A DNA stretch of 64,000 nucleotides from Phycisphaerae bacterium. Lineage in GTDB: Bacteria > Planctomycetota > Phycisphaerae > UBA1845 > Fen-1342. A model generated the notes under the pieces. That model was not told the DNA's origin. It saw only the letters and a program-made list of their open reading frames with translations, and did no database searches. Below, in pieces: positions 38,240 through 48,152 of this stretch. Numbering within the stretch: position 1 is the stretch's first letter; the number at the start of each line of letters is the position of its first letter. Both the position numbers and the translations under genes were made by a program. The DNA lies in contig JASFQK010000037.1 of assembly GCA_050115495.1 (NCBI GenBank), positions 8,600 to 72,599 on the forward strand, read 5' to 3'.

Positions 38240-38945
38240 TTCGCATGCTCTCGAAGGATGCGGCCATGGCCCGACAGGTTTCCTCGCTCGGCGCGGTTCC
38301 GCCGTACACGATGCCGTCGAACGTCCGGGTCAGGCTGCGGAAACACTGCTGTGCCCCGGCGTGTGGGGCCAGTTCACGGATGTAGTCGCCGTTTGTCTTG
38401 GACTCCCGGAAGTGCACCCATCCCTGCCGATCGAGCCAGAGGATCGACGCCACGTACAGGTAGCGCACCGCCGCCAGCCACTCGCCGGCGTCCAGGTGTC
38501 GGCGGGCTTCGGCGAGTAGGGTGTCGAACTCCAGCTCACACACGGTGGCGAGCCGGCCGGTGGCCCGCGTGTGCTTCACCCACGGGCCTCGTCCGCCGCC
38601 AAACTGCGTGATGATGACGTACGCCAGGTGCGCGAGGATCGCCAGCAGCGTGAGCGCTAGCCAGATTACGATCAGCCAGCTCAGCCAGGACGGCAGCCCC
38701 CACAGCCAGTCGCGCAGCCACTTGCACAGACCCGACAGCTTCTCCCAGAGCCACTCCCGCCACTTCCGACCCTTGTCGTGCACGTGTCGGAATTCGGGCT
38801 GGGCCAGCACCTCAGCTACGGTCTCTCGGACCTGCTGCTGTTGCTCAGCGCTGAGCGGTTTGACGGTCGGTGCCGCCGCTGCGGACGCCCGTCCCCCGGC
38901 GCTGGAGAGGATCAACACGAGCGCCAGGACCGTCGCCGAACGCAT
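38211..38945 (-). CDS. DUF4129 domain protein
   Basis: AAVRYLY...KTNGDY..EL...FDGIVYGG. Confidence 0.85.
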   Translation of the reverse strand: MRSATVLALVLILSSAGGRASAAAAPTVKPLSAEQQQQVRETVAEVLAQPEFRHVHDKGRKWREWLWEKLSGLCKWLRDWLWGLPSWLSWLIVIWLALTLLAILAHLAYVIITQFGGGRGPWVKHTRATGRLATVCELEFDTLLAEARRHLDAGEWLAAVRYLYVASILWLDRQGWVHFRESKTNGDYIRELAPHAGAQQCFRSLTRTFDGIVYGGTAPSEETCRAMAASFESMRSEAGPADKA

Positions 38946-38949
38946 GCTG

Positions 38950-39798
38950 TCAGTCCGCCATCACCTGCGCAGGCGCTGCGACGGACTCGGCCAGCCGCTG
39001 CAGGTCGAACGCCTCTTTGCGCACGCGCAGATCGTAGTACAGCAGGATGATTGGCGCCATCTGGATCGGGAGCACGACCGCCTGCATGAGCAGCAGACAG
39101 ACTTCCAACAGGAAGTACGGGAGTCCCAGCGCCTGGAACGCGAAGGTGCCACCATAGACGATAGCCATCGCCAGGAGCCACAACAGGAAGACGATGGCGA
39201 ACCCCTTGCGCAGGTTGCCCTTCATCAGTTCCTTGGAACGCGACATGGCCCCCGCGCCGCTCATTCGTTCCAGCACGACCACCGGGGCGACGATCAGAAA
39301 CCACATGGTGAAGATGATCCCCGGCACGATCAACAGCACATACCCAAGCAGCAGCACAATCCCCACCAGGAACTGAGTGCCCAACAGGGGGAACAGCCGG
39401 CCGGCGGCCCGCTGGAACGCCGTACCGGCGGACATCCGCTCGCCCAGAATCGCCCCTGAGATGCTGTGCATCAACGCCGCTTGTGCCAATGGCAGCACGA
39501 TGAGTGTGAAGATCATCGTGCCGAGGAGGCCAAGCAGCATGGGTACGACCGGCATCTCCGGCATGGGCATCTGCTCGAGGTCTTCCGGCGAATACGTGTC
39601 GAGCGGGATGGACTGTACCTCTGGCGATCCGGCGGCAAGCTTGACCCCGAGCGTATACAACATATACGGCAGGTACGCGACGAGCGCGATCACCAGAAAC
39701 GACAGGAACCGCCCCTTATACAGGCGGAACGTGGCGTCCAGGATGTCCCCGATCCCCATCGGTCGCAATTCAACGATTGAGGGTTCAGCCCCGGCCAT
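38950..39798 (-). CDS. Integral membrane protein of the MoxR/DUF58 cluster
   Basis: LRPMGIGDILDATFRLY...LLYYDLRVRKEAFDL; multiple TM helices; GGAGG SD. Confidence 0.85.
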   Translation of the reverse strand: MAGAEPSIVELRPMGIGDILDATFRLYKGRFLSFLVIALVAYLPYMLYTLGVKLAAGSPEVQSIPLDTYSPEDLEQMPMPEMPVVPMLLGLLGTMIFTLIVLPLAQAALMHSISGAILGERMSAGTAFQRAAGRLFPLLGTQFLVGIVLLLGYVLLIVPGIIFTMWFLIVAPVVVLERMSGAGAMSRSKELMKGNLRKGFAIVFLLWLLAMAIVYGGTFAFQALGLPYFLLEVCLLLMQAVVLPIQMAPIILLYYDLRVRKEAFDLQRLAESVAAPAQVMAD

Positions 39799-39842
39799 TA
39801 CTCACCTCCCTGGCCGTCCCGTGCAGGAACGCCGTGGCGGGC

Positions 39843-39870
39843 ACTATAACACGTTCGCTCGCCGACACAA
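39843..39870 (-). promoter_or_regulatory. Sigma70-like promoter of the leftward MoxR operon
   Basis: TTGTGT-N16-TATAGT with extended -10 TG. Confidence 0.5.
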
Positions 39871-39914
39871 GCCCGGTCATGCCGCGATCCCCCCCGCTTA
39901 CGTGACGCGACTGG

Positions 39915-42629
39915 TCAGAAAGTCTTCCGGCTCGCCGCCAGCCGCTCCCGCCATTCGGTCGCCTGTTCCGGCTTGCCCCACTTCTCGTAGAGGTCGACCA
40001 GGAACTGGGCCGTCTGCCGCGTGCGGTGGTTCTGCTCGCCGAGCAGGATGGCCAGCCGCTCGTAGCTGCGCGCGAGGACCGGCTCGGCCTCGGCGTAGCG
40101 ACCCGCCGCCACCAGGCAGGCCGAACGCCCGCTGTCCAGGTCGGCGATGAACCGATGCCCGGGTGGCAGGATGCGGCGGGCCACGTCGAGTCCCTCCTCG
40201 AACACCCGGCCGGCCCGCTCCGTGTCGCCCTTGGTGTACAGCATCCAGGCGAGGTTGTTGAGACTGCTGACGACCAGCTCGTTGTCGGGGCCGTACAGCG
40301 CTCGCCGCATTTCGAGCGCCTTGGTGAGCAGCCGTTCGGCCGTGTCGAAATCGCCCCGGGCCTGCCGCACCGTCGCGTAGTTCGTCAGGCAGGACGAGAC
40401 GGTCAGGTGCCGCTCGCCGAACACACGGCGGGCTAGGTCGAGCGTGTCCTGGGCGACCGTCTCCGCCTCGTCGAGGTTCCCCTTATCGATCAGCAGGACC
40501 GTCAGCGCACTCATCCGCCGAGTGCGCAGGGCCGTGTTGTCGGGCGCCTGCTCTTCGGCCAGCGCGAGGGCTTCGCGATAGAGCGGTTCGGCGGCGGCGA
40601 AGTCGCCCATCTCGTGGTAGAGCCCGCCGAGCAGCACGACGGCGTCGGCCAGGTCGGCGGGGCTGCCGCCGTCCGTCTGCCGGCGAATCCCCAACGCCGA
40701 GCGGAGCTGGCCGAGGGCGCTGTCGAACTCGCCGAGCTGTTGGAACGTCTTGCCGATCGTCTCGTGCAGCGCGGCCCGCACGGTGGGCTGGTCGGGGAAA
40801 CTGCGGTCGATCTGCCCGGCCGCCGCCTCCAGCACCGTGAGTACGGTGTACTGCCGGCCACGGGCCTCGGCGGGGTTGATCGATGTGAACAGGCGTTCGA
40901 GGAACTGGTACGTCGCCTGGGCACGCTGTGCTTCATTCTGCGCCAGTCTCTCGGCGTCGAGCGCCCGCTGGCGCAGACTGCGCTCGTGCAGGATGGAGAC
41001 GCCGGCCAGACCGAGCAGCAGCGCCAGTGCCACAGAGGCGATCACGCCGAACCGGGCCACCTGCCGCCGGCGCGTCTCCCGCCGGGCTGTGTCGGCGGCG
41101 AGTTGCCGCTCCGCCCGGCGTTCTTCGAGCCGCCGCAAACGATCGGCTACCTGGGCGGCGGAGGCCAGTCGTTGCGTCGGATCGCCGTCCACGCACGCGG
41201 CGATGTCCTCGACCAGCAGCTCATCCGAGACCTGCCGGTGCCAGCCCTCGGCCAGCGGCCGTTTCAGGTCGCCGACCACCATCTGGAACAGCACGATGCC
41301 CAGTGCGTAGATGTCGCCCTGGATTGTGAACGGCTTGCCGGCGTGCAGCTCGGGCGGAATGTACATGCCCGTGCCGGCGGTCGTGCGCGAGTAGTTCTCC
41401 ACGAGCGTCGCCGTGAAGCCGACGCGCGGGATGTTGGCGCTGTCCAGCTTGCTGCGGTCGGTCAGTTCGCCGATGCCGAAGTCCGCCAGCCGCGGGCGCG
41501 GTGTGCCGTCGTCCGCATCGTAGATCAGCACGTTCGACGGTTTGATGTCCTTGTGCAGCACGCCGAGCGAGTGGGCGGCGGCGACGGCCTCGGCGACGAG
41601 GGCGACCAGCTCCAGACGCTGGGCGAGCGGCACGGTCGACAGGCCGCCCTGGCAATCGGCCCAGTCCGGCAGGCTGCCGTGGGCCGTGTATTCGCACTCC
41701 AGGAAGTACGGTGCTTCCTTGAGCTGCACTTCGTAGAGCTTGGCGATGTCCCGGCGATCGCCGAGCTGTTCGCGGATCAGGCGGAAGAGCGTCAGTTCGC
41801 GCTTGAGCGAGCGCAGGCCCTGCGGGTCGAAGCAGAACTTGAACGCCCGCGGCTCGCCGGTCTGTTGGTTACGGCCGAGCCACACTTCGCCGAAGCCGCC
41901 TTCGCCGAGCTTGCGCTCCAACACCCAGCCGGGGCGGACCGGCAGTTCGAGGCCGCGGCCCGGCCGCCAGCCGAGCACGTCTTCCTCGTTCTTCGTGACC
42001 GCCCGCACGGCCCGGGCCTTCTTGCTGTCCGGCGGCGCAACCAGCGGGGCCCGTCCGGCGACGCCGACCTCGAAGACTTCGAGGGCCTCGTCGTTGCCCT
42101 GGAAGAGGTAGCGGCCATGGGCCATCCAGGCGAGCCGCAGATCGGGCTCGTCGCCGGCGGGGTGGTGGCGGATGTACTGGCGGGCGTCGTCGAACGCCCC
42201 GCGTGTGAGCAGGATCTGTCCGGGCAGGGCCAGGTCCATGACGCGAGCCGCCATGTCCGCCGCCAGACCCACGACTTTCGGCTGCGTCCCCGCTTCTGCC
42301 GACAGGAGGGAGACCTGGCCGATGTGCAGTCCGATCCGGACCTGGAGCGGCACCGGCCGCCAGGGCTCCGTGGCCAGGGCGTGCTGGAAGAGCAGGGCGG
42401 CGCTGACGGCGTCCTCCGCCGTCGCAAAACCCGCCAGAAAGCCGTCCCCGGTGTCGTTGAGTATCCGAGCGTCGCGCCTGCCGGCGATGATCTGCCGCGA
42501 AATGGCGTCGTGCCGGGCGATGAGCTCACGATAAACAGCCGTCCCGTGCCGGCTCTTCAGCTCAACCGACCCGACCACGTCGGTGAACATGAGCACCATC
42601 AACTGCGCAGCCGGCGTATCGCTCATCAT
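39915..42629 (-). CDS. Class III nucleotidyl cyclase - Ser/Thr kinase - TM - TPR fusion protein
   Basis: MFTDVVGS/GDGF/RIGLHIG cyclase motifs; LGEGGFGEVW, HKDIKPSN, DFG kinase motifs; a TM helix; kinesin-light-chain-type TPRs. Confidence 0.9.
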   Translation of the reverse strand: MMSDTPAAQLMVLMFTDVVGSVELKSRHGTAVYRELIARHDAISRQIIAGRRDARILNDTGDGFLAGFATAEDAVSAALLFQHALATEPWRPVPLQVRIGLHIGQVSLLSAEAGTQPKVVGLAADMAARVMDLALPGQILLTRGAFDDARQYIRHHPAGDEPDLRLAWMAHGRYLFQGNDEALEVFEVGVAGRAPLVAPPDSKKARAVRAVTKNEEDVLGWRPGRGLELPVRPGWVLERKLGEGGFGEVWLGRNQQTGEPRAFKFCFDPQGLRSLKRELTLFRLIREQLGDRRDIAKLYEVQLKEAPYFLECEYTAHGSLPDWADCQGGLSTVPLAQRLELVALVAEAVAAAHSLGVLHKDIKPSNVLIYDADDGTPRPRLADFGIGELTDRSKLDSANIPRVGFTATLVENYSRTTAGTGMYIPPELHAGKPFTIQGDIYALGIVLFQMVVGDLKRPLAEGWHRQVSDELLVEDIAACVDGDPTQRLASAAQVADRLRRLEERRAERQLAADTARRETRRRQVARFGVIASVALALLLGLAGVSILHERSLRQRALDAERLAQNEAQRAQATYQFLERLFTSINPAEARGRQYTVLTVLEAAAGQIDRSFPDQPTVRAALHETIGKTFQQLGEFDSALGQLRSALGIRRQTDGGSPADLADAVVLLGGLYHEMGDFAAAEPLYREALALAEEQAPDNTALRTRRMSALTVLLIDKGNLDEAETVAQDTLDLARRVFGERHLTVSSCLTNYATVRQARGDFDTAERLLTKALEMRRALYGPDNELVVSSLNNLAWMLYTKGDTERAGRVFEEGLDVARRILPPGHRFIADLDSGRSACLVAAGRYAEAEPVLARSYERLAILLGEQNHRTRQTAQFLVDLYEKWGKPEQATEWRERLAASRKTF

Positions 42630-42851
42630 CCTCGTCTCTGTCCCGCTTTCGCCGCATGATATGCACCCCCGGCGGGGGCAACCAGCCCCGGGCCGCGGGC
42701 GGCTTCGGAGCAGCGACACACCGGTTACGTTACAATGGCTGTTTGACTCGGCGGACCAAGATTGTGTTGCACATGTTGGCGGGCGATCCGCGCGCCGTCG
42801 GTACGATGGATTCATGGATGGGAGACGGTCTCAAGGATGAGGAGAATTGGC

Positions 42852-44459
42852 ATGAAGCCTGGAGTGGGAACAGCGCATCAATCGTGTGACGTGCGGCTTG
42901 TCGGGCTGGTGGTTGTCCTGTTGCTGGGCGGTTCGGCCCGGGCCGCGGTGTACGAAGTGGGGGACGGGCAGCCGTATGCGTCGATCGGCAGCGTGCCGTG
43001 GGAGTCGATCGGCGCCGGCGACACCGTGCTGATTCACTGGCGGGCCACGCCGTACAAGGAGAAGTGGGTGATCGCGGGGCAGGGCACGGACACAGCCCCG
43101 ATCACGGTGCGCGGCGTGCCGGGGCCGGACGGGCAGTTGCCAGTCATCGATGGCGACGGAGCGACGACGCGCCTGGCGCTGGATTACTGGAACGAGAACC
43201 GGTCGGTCATCAAGGTCGGCGGATCCAGCGTGCCGCCGGAGGTGATGCCGCAATGCGTCGTGATCGAGAACCTCGACGTGCGTGGCGCGCGGCCGCCGAA
43301 CGCGTTCACCGATGACGCCGGCAACGTGCAGACCTACTCGCTGAACGCGGCGTCGATCCACATCGAGCGTGGCGAACACATCGTGATCCGCGGCTGCATC
43401 ATCCGCGACAGCGGCAACGGGTTGTTCGTCTCATCCAGCGACGAGTACGTGGCCCGGGACATTCTGATCGAGGGCAACTACATCCACGACAACGGTAACG
43501 TCGGCCGGATCTACGAGCACAACGTCTACACCGCGGCGATCGACATCGCATACCAATGGAATCGCTTCGGATCACTCCAGCCGGGAGCCGGCGGGAACAA
43601 CCTCAAGGACCGCTCGGCGGGGCTCGTGGTCCGCTACAATTGGCTCGAAGGCGGGAACCGGCAGCTCGACCTCGTTGATGCCGAGGACAGCAGCCAGATC
43701 CGGGCCGATCCGGCGTACCGTGCGACACACGTCTACGGCAACTACTTCATCGAGCCCGCCGGCGAGGGGAATCGCCAGATCGTGCACTACGGCGGCGACA
43801 GCGGCGCGACTGACTGGTATCGCAAGGGCACGCTCTACTTCTACCACAACACGCTGGTCTCGACGCGCACGGACCGCACGACGCTGTTCCGCCTGTCCAC
43901 GAATGACGAACACTGCGATGCCCGCAATAACATCCTGTACGTGACGGCGGCCGGCAACACGCTCGGCATGCTCGATTCCGACGGTGTCCTGGACCTCAGC
44001 CACAACTGGGTGAAACCGGGATGGGTCGAGGCGTTCGAGCCGCTCGGCGGGGCCGTGAACGACGACGGGACGTCCATCCTGGGCGACACGCCCGGTTTCG
44101 TCGATCCGTCGACCCAGGCTTATCACCTGCTGCCGAGCTCGGACTGTGTTGATGCGGCAACGGTGCTGCACCCCGCCGTCGTCGGCGTGCACGACGTGCT
44201 GCGGCAATACGTGCGTCACCAGGCGAGCGTAGACCGCCCGGCGTGGGGCACAGTCGATGACCTCGGCGCCTACGAGTTGCTCCCGGGGGACGCGGACGGC
44301 GATGGCGCCGTGGACGCGGACGATCTGGCGGTGCTCGCGCCGTGCCTGACGGGCCCGGACGCGACACCGGGATCGGGATGTCTGGTGTTCGATCTCGACG
44401 TCAGCGGTGACGTCGATCTGACGGACTTCGCCGTGTTCCAGACGGCTTCGGGCGGGTGA
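42852..44459 (+). CDS. Secreted right-handed beta-helix (polysaccharide lyase-like) protein with C-terminal dockerin
   Basis: Signal peptide; AGDTVLIH, HIVIRGCIIRDSGNG, ILIEGNYIHDNG; DDLGAYE; GDADGDGAVDADD...DLDVSGDVDLTDFAVFQ. Confidence 0.85.
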   Translation: MKPGVGTAHQSCDVRLVGLVVVLLLGGSARAAVYEVGDGQPYASIGSVPWESIGAGDTVLIHWRATPYKEKWVIAGQGTDTAPITVRGVPGPDGQLPVIDGDGATTRLALDYWNENRSVIKVGGSSVPPEVMPQCVVIENLDVRGARPPNAFTDDAGNVQTYSLNAASIHIERGEHIVIRGCIIRDSGNGLFVSSSDEYVARDILIEGNYIHDNGNVGRIYEHNVYTAAIDIAYQWNRFGSLQPGAGGNNLKDRSAGLVVRYNWLEGGNRQLDLVDAEDSSQIRADPAYRATHVYGNYFIEPAGEGNRQIVHYGGDSGATDWYRKGTLYFYHNTLVSTRTDRTTLFRLSTNDEHCDARNNILYVTAAGNTLGMLDSDGVLDLSHNWVKPGWVEAFEPLGGAVNDDGTSILGDTPGFVDPSTQAYHLLPSSDCVDAATVLHPAVVGVHDVLRQYVRHQASVDRPAWGTVDDLGAYELLPGDADGDGAVDADDLAVLAPCLTGPDATPGSGCLVFDLDVSGDVDLTDFAVFQTASGG

Positions 44460-44478
44460 GATTTCGCCCCCGCCGTCG

Positions 44479-45567
44479 CTACCGCTCCATATACCGCACC
44501 TGCAATATCCCCGCATCGGCGAGGTCGACGTCGCCGTCTTCGTCGATGTCGGCCTTGGCGAACAGGGTCGGGTCGACGCCGGCGGGGGGCGTGAGAACGT
44601 CCGGGCCGGCGAGGCAGGCGCCTTGCGCTTCCACGTCGGCGACGTTCAGGAAGCCGTCGGCGTTGATGTCAAACGTCTCGATAACCCGCACGTCAACGTG
44701 AGCGATCACGGTCCGCACCGTGACCTCATTGCCGGCGACGGCGTCGTCGAGCTCCATGGCGTAGCCCAGGTGGATGAAGCCCGCCGTTACGTTCCACGCC
44801 GGGTCGGCCGGCTGGGTGTGCAGGTCGTGGTACCAGTTCACGTGGTAGCCCATGAAATCGCACAGGAACCGGCTGGTGTCGATCGTGGTGGAGTACGGAT
44901 ACAGGTTGGGCACGGTGGCGATGATCGCGTCGATCACGTCCTGCATCGGCAGCGTGGAGTACCGCTCGGTTCCGGGGATCTCGCCGGCGATCGGCAGTTC
45001 CGGCGTCGGGTCGTAGGGAGTCAGGTAGTCGTTGGTCCACGCGCTCAGCGAGTACATGCGGTGACCGCCCTCTAGCTCCCAGTCGAAGTCATTGCCGGAC
45101 CGGCCGTAGGCCACGATCGCGATCGGCCGCAACTGCTCCACCAGCGGCCAGAAATCGCCGGACGTGTCCTGGTAGTCGACCTCGAAGTCGCCATCGCCCT
45201 TGGGGTTGACGCCGGTCCCGCCCGGGAATTCGGGGAAGAACGCGTAGACGTTGTACCCGCGGCCTTCCCAGTTCTCGCCGACCCAGCCGTCCGGGTTCTG
45301 TTCCGGATTCGGACTGAACTGCCGCAGCATCTCATTCGTCGGCGGCCAGTAGCCCGTGAGCAGGACGTTCGGCAAGCCGTTGTTGACGAGATCGAGCCGG
45401 TCGACCGCCGACCGGAGATCCTGAAGCTGGATGGACCGCGCGTAGGGAAGCGTGACCGGGCCGGGATCGCGCGTCTCCTGAGCCACGGCGCCGGCGGCCA
45501 GCAGCAACGTAACGATCGTCAGGGCAACCACTCGCGGCAGGCCGCGCGAATACGAATGCAGCGACAT
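44479..45567 (-). CDS. Secreted pyroglutamyl-peptidase I-like (C15) protein with C-terminal dockerin
   Basis: NVLLTGYWPP, WELE, RFLCD and AGFIHL match the Glu/Cys/His layout of C15; DINADG...DIDEDGDVDLAD. Confidence 0.75.
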   Translation of the reverse strand: MSLHSYSRGLPRVVALTIVTLLLAAGAVAQETRDPGPVTLPYARSIQLQDLRSAVDRLDLVNNGLPNVLLTGYWPPTNEMLRQFSPNPEQNPDGWVGENWEGRGYNVYAFFPEFPGGTGVNPKGDGDFEVDYQDTSGDFWPLVEQLRPIAIVAYGRSGNDFDWELEGGHRMYSLSAWTNDYLTPYDPTPELPIAGEIPGTERYSTLPMQDVIDAIIATVPNLYPYSTTIDTSRFLCDFMGYHVNWYHDLHTQPADPAWNVTAGFIHLGYAMELDDAVAGNEVTVRTVIAHVDVRVIETFDINADGFLNVADVEAQGACLAGPDVLTPPAGVDPTLFAKADIDEDGDVDLADAGILQVRYMER

Positions 45568-45778
45568 GTACACTCCCTTTCTCGCCGCCCCCGTTGTGAT
45601 CAGCCTGTTCCACCATCCCATCGTCTGTGCCAGGCAGCGGCGGGAACCGCGCCGCCGCCGGCGGTGCCACTCACGCCCACGTCGGCGCGAGAGTCCGCTC
45701 CGAAAGGACGAGCCGCCGCGCTGCACGAGTATCTCGGCAACGCGGCGGGCTCAATGCTAGCCGTGTCCTCCGGCGCGT

Positions 45779-47134
45779 CTACCGGCGACGGAGCGACAGC
45801 AGACCGCCAACCAGCAGCAGGGCGAACATGCCCGGCTCCGGAACCAGTACCCGCATGTAGGCCTGACCGATGCCGGTGCCGGCACCGTCACGCAGGTCGG
45901 CCGTGAAGTACAGGTAGCCGTCATCCGTCAGGAACATGTCGTCGTTGTTGAAGATATCGATGTACGCATCGTCGTCGAACAGGCCGTTGCCGTCGACATC
46001 GACCGGATCACCCTGACGCAGCAGCACCGAGGTGTTGTTGTACACCAGCACGGCGTCGAAATCCGGATCGGCGTTGCTCGTGCATCCGCCATAGACGAAG
46101 TCGCCCAGGCCGTTCGAGACCATCTCGAAGAAGCACGCCGAGTAGACCGAGTCGCTGAAGGTCTCGCCGGGCTGGCCGCCGGGGATGAGATCGCCCACAG
46201 CCGCCAGCAGCGTGCCGTTATGAAGGACCCAGTCCTGCTGATCATCGTTGTCGCCACGGGCGAGCCAGTCGCCGTTGGGCGTCATGATAGACGCGACGAT
46301 CGATTCGACGGGGGATGTGAAGCCCGACAGCGCCATGCCTTCCTGGACCACGATCTGGTTGTTGTACGCCAGGATGGCGTCGAAGTTGTTGTCGCCTTCG
46401 AGGTAGCCCTGCGCGGCCCAGTTGTTGCCGTCCGCGCTGACGTAGAAGTCGTTCATATCGAAGCTGTCCCACGCCTCTTGAGTCTGCGGACCGGGGACGG
46501 TCGTTCCTTCCTGGGCCAGTGTTCCGTTGTCGAACACGAGGAAGTCGTCGAACGTGCTGCCGAGCGAGCCGACGGTCGACGGGGCACGCGCGGCGACGCG
46601 GCCGTCATTGGTGATCGACGCCGTGTCCAGCGACGAGCCGAAGACCTCGGTCGGGAAACCGGGGACCGCGCTGCCTTCGACAAACACGCCGGCGAACGCG
46701 CCGGTCCAGCTCACGATTTGCTCGTCGGTCGTGCTCGGGGCGCTGCCGCCGAGGTTCGTCGCGAACGCGTAGTGGCCAAAGTCGTTGATGCTCAGCCTGC
46801 TGTCGATCAGGCCGACGAGCTCGCCCGACGCTCCCCACGGGGCCTGCGTGCCTTCGCGGACGACCACGTTGCCGACCATGCCCTGTCCGGTGAGGATGAT
46901 CTCATCCTCGGACGTCGACAGATCGGTATCCGCCGACATGATCCAGTGCAGACCGTTCATGCTGCGGAACGGTCGGTCGAAGCTGCTGAACTTCGCGCCG
47001 GCCAGACCGGGAACGTCCGATGTCGGACTCGTCTGGATGTTCGAGTAGATCACGGTGGGCACCATTGCGAAGGTCACCGCCGGCAGCACCACCGCAATGG
47101 TTAGCACAGCACATACTCTGACAATTAGGTTCAT
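45779..47134 (-). CDS. PEP-CTERM protein with beta-repeat (NxxGxxAF-like) domain
   Basis: AGGAGG SD, signal peptide, repeats SINDFGHYAF / ITNDGRVAA / LTDDGYLYF, C-terminus VPEPGMFALLLVGGLLSLRRR. Confidence 0.88.
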   Translation of the reverse strand: MNLIVRVCAVLTIAVVLPAVTFAMVPTVIYSNIQTSPTSDVPGLAGAKFSSFDRPFRSMNGLHWIMSADTDLSTSEDEIILTGQGMVGNVVVREGTQAPWGASGELVGLIDSRLSINDFGHYAFATNLGGSAPSTTDEQIVSWTGAFAGVFVEGSAVPGFPTEVFGSSLDTASITNDGRVAARAPSTVGSLGSTFDDFLVFDNGTLAQEGTTVPGPQTQEAWDSFDMNDFYVSADGNNWAAQGYLEGDNNFDAILAYNNQIVVQEGMALSGFTSPVESIVASIMTPNGDWLARGDNDDQQDWVLHNGTLLAAVGDLIPGGQPGETFSDSVYSACFFEMVSNGLGDFVYGGCTSNADPDFDAVLVYNNTSVLLRQGDPVDVDGNGLFDDDAYIDIFNNDDMFLTDDGYLYFTADLRDGAGTGIGQAYMRVLVPEPGMFALLLVGGLLSLRRR

Positions 47135-47286
47135 TCTCGTTCCTCCTGTGATACGACTCCGCCCTGAGTTTGTGCGCAGCCGGATCGCCGGATGTGAAGC
47201 TGTACCCAACCTGAGATCTGACTGCGCTTCCTCGACTCTCGGTTCCGCCACGAAATGCTTGCAGGCGACGAAACCCCTCTTAAACC

Positions 47287-47316
47287 AAGGTACCCCTATC
47301 GACACCGCGGGGTCAA
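47287..47316 (-). promoter_or_regulatory. Candidate sigma70-like promoter
   Basis: TTGACC-N18-TACCTT with an AT-rich upstream element. Confidence 0.4.
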
Positions 47317-47770
47317 TAACAATATTACGATCGGGTGATGTGCCGCGCAAATACACACGATCGGGGGACACGCTGTGACCGGCCAGACGTCGCTCGCTCG
47401 TTTGGCTGGCCACTTTGGCGCGCGGATGATCGAACGGGCGCCATGAAGCCTAAACTCCACAACACAAGTAGCTTACAGCATGTGCTGCGTTTTCGTGTGC
47501 GGTTACGGGGTGGCCGTAGCATGTGGTGACAGACGAGATGTCCCCTGATGATCCTACACCAATAGAGAAATGGATACACAGAATCAGTGTATATGCAAAC
47601 CTGTGACTATCACAAAGCCGCTCGCCCCGCGGAACGTGGCGTCGGCGAATGCGGGCTGGCAGGGCGACAGGGGGCCGAGACGCGGATTGCTCCGGAATGG
47701 GCGGTGATCTAGGCTATCGCCTCGCCGCGCGGAGCAACACCGCCGCCGGCGACTGTGGGAGACTGACCGT

Positions 47771-48139
47771 ATGTCCACGCCGGACTATCGCATTAACCTC
47801 GACGTTCGGTTTGGCTCGCTCGAGCTCATCGACGTGGCCCGCCTGCGGGACGAGGTGACCGAGCAGTGGTTCAACCAAACGCTGTGCACCGTCAACGACT
47901 GTGCCGTCCGACTCGGCGTCGTGCAGGGTGAGTTCCACTGGCACCACCACGATGCGGAGGACGAGTTCTTCTACGTCGTCTCCGGCCGGTTGCTGATCGA
48001 CCTCGACGACCGCACGGTCGAGCTCCACCCGAACCAGGGCTTCACCGTCCCCCGCGGCGTCCGCCACCGCACCCGCGCCCCCGACCGTACCGCCATCCTG
48101 ATGATCGAAGGCCGGAATGTGCAACCGACGGGGGACTGA
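47771..48139 (+). CDS. Cupin domain protein
   Basis: GEFHWHHHDAEDEFFYVVSG...VPRGVRHR. Confidence 0.92.
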   Translation: MSTPDYRINLDVRFGSLELIDVARLRDEVTEQWFNQTLCTVNDCAVRLGVVQGEFHWHHHDAEDEFFYVVSGRLLIDLDDRTVELHPNQGFTVPRGVRHRTRAPDRTAILMIEGRNVQPTGD

Positions 48140-48152
48140 GCTGGCGCTTATC

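Noticed and set aside
39915..42629. Pycsar/CBASS-type defence cyclase
   Set aside because: No adjacent effector gene; the fusion to kinase-TM-TPR fits signalling better.
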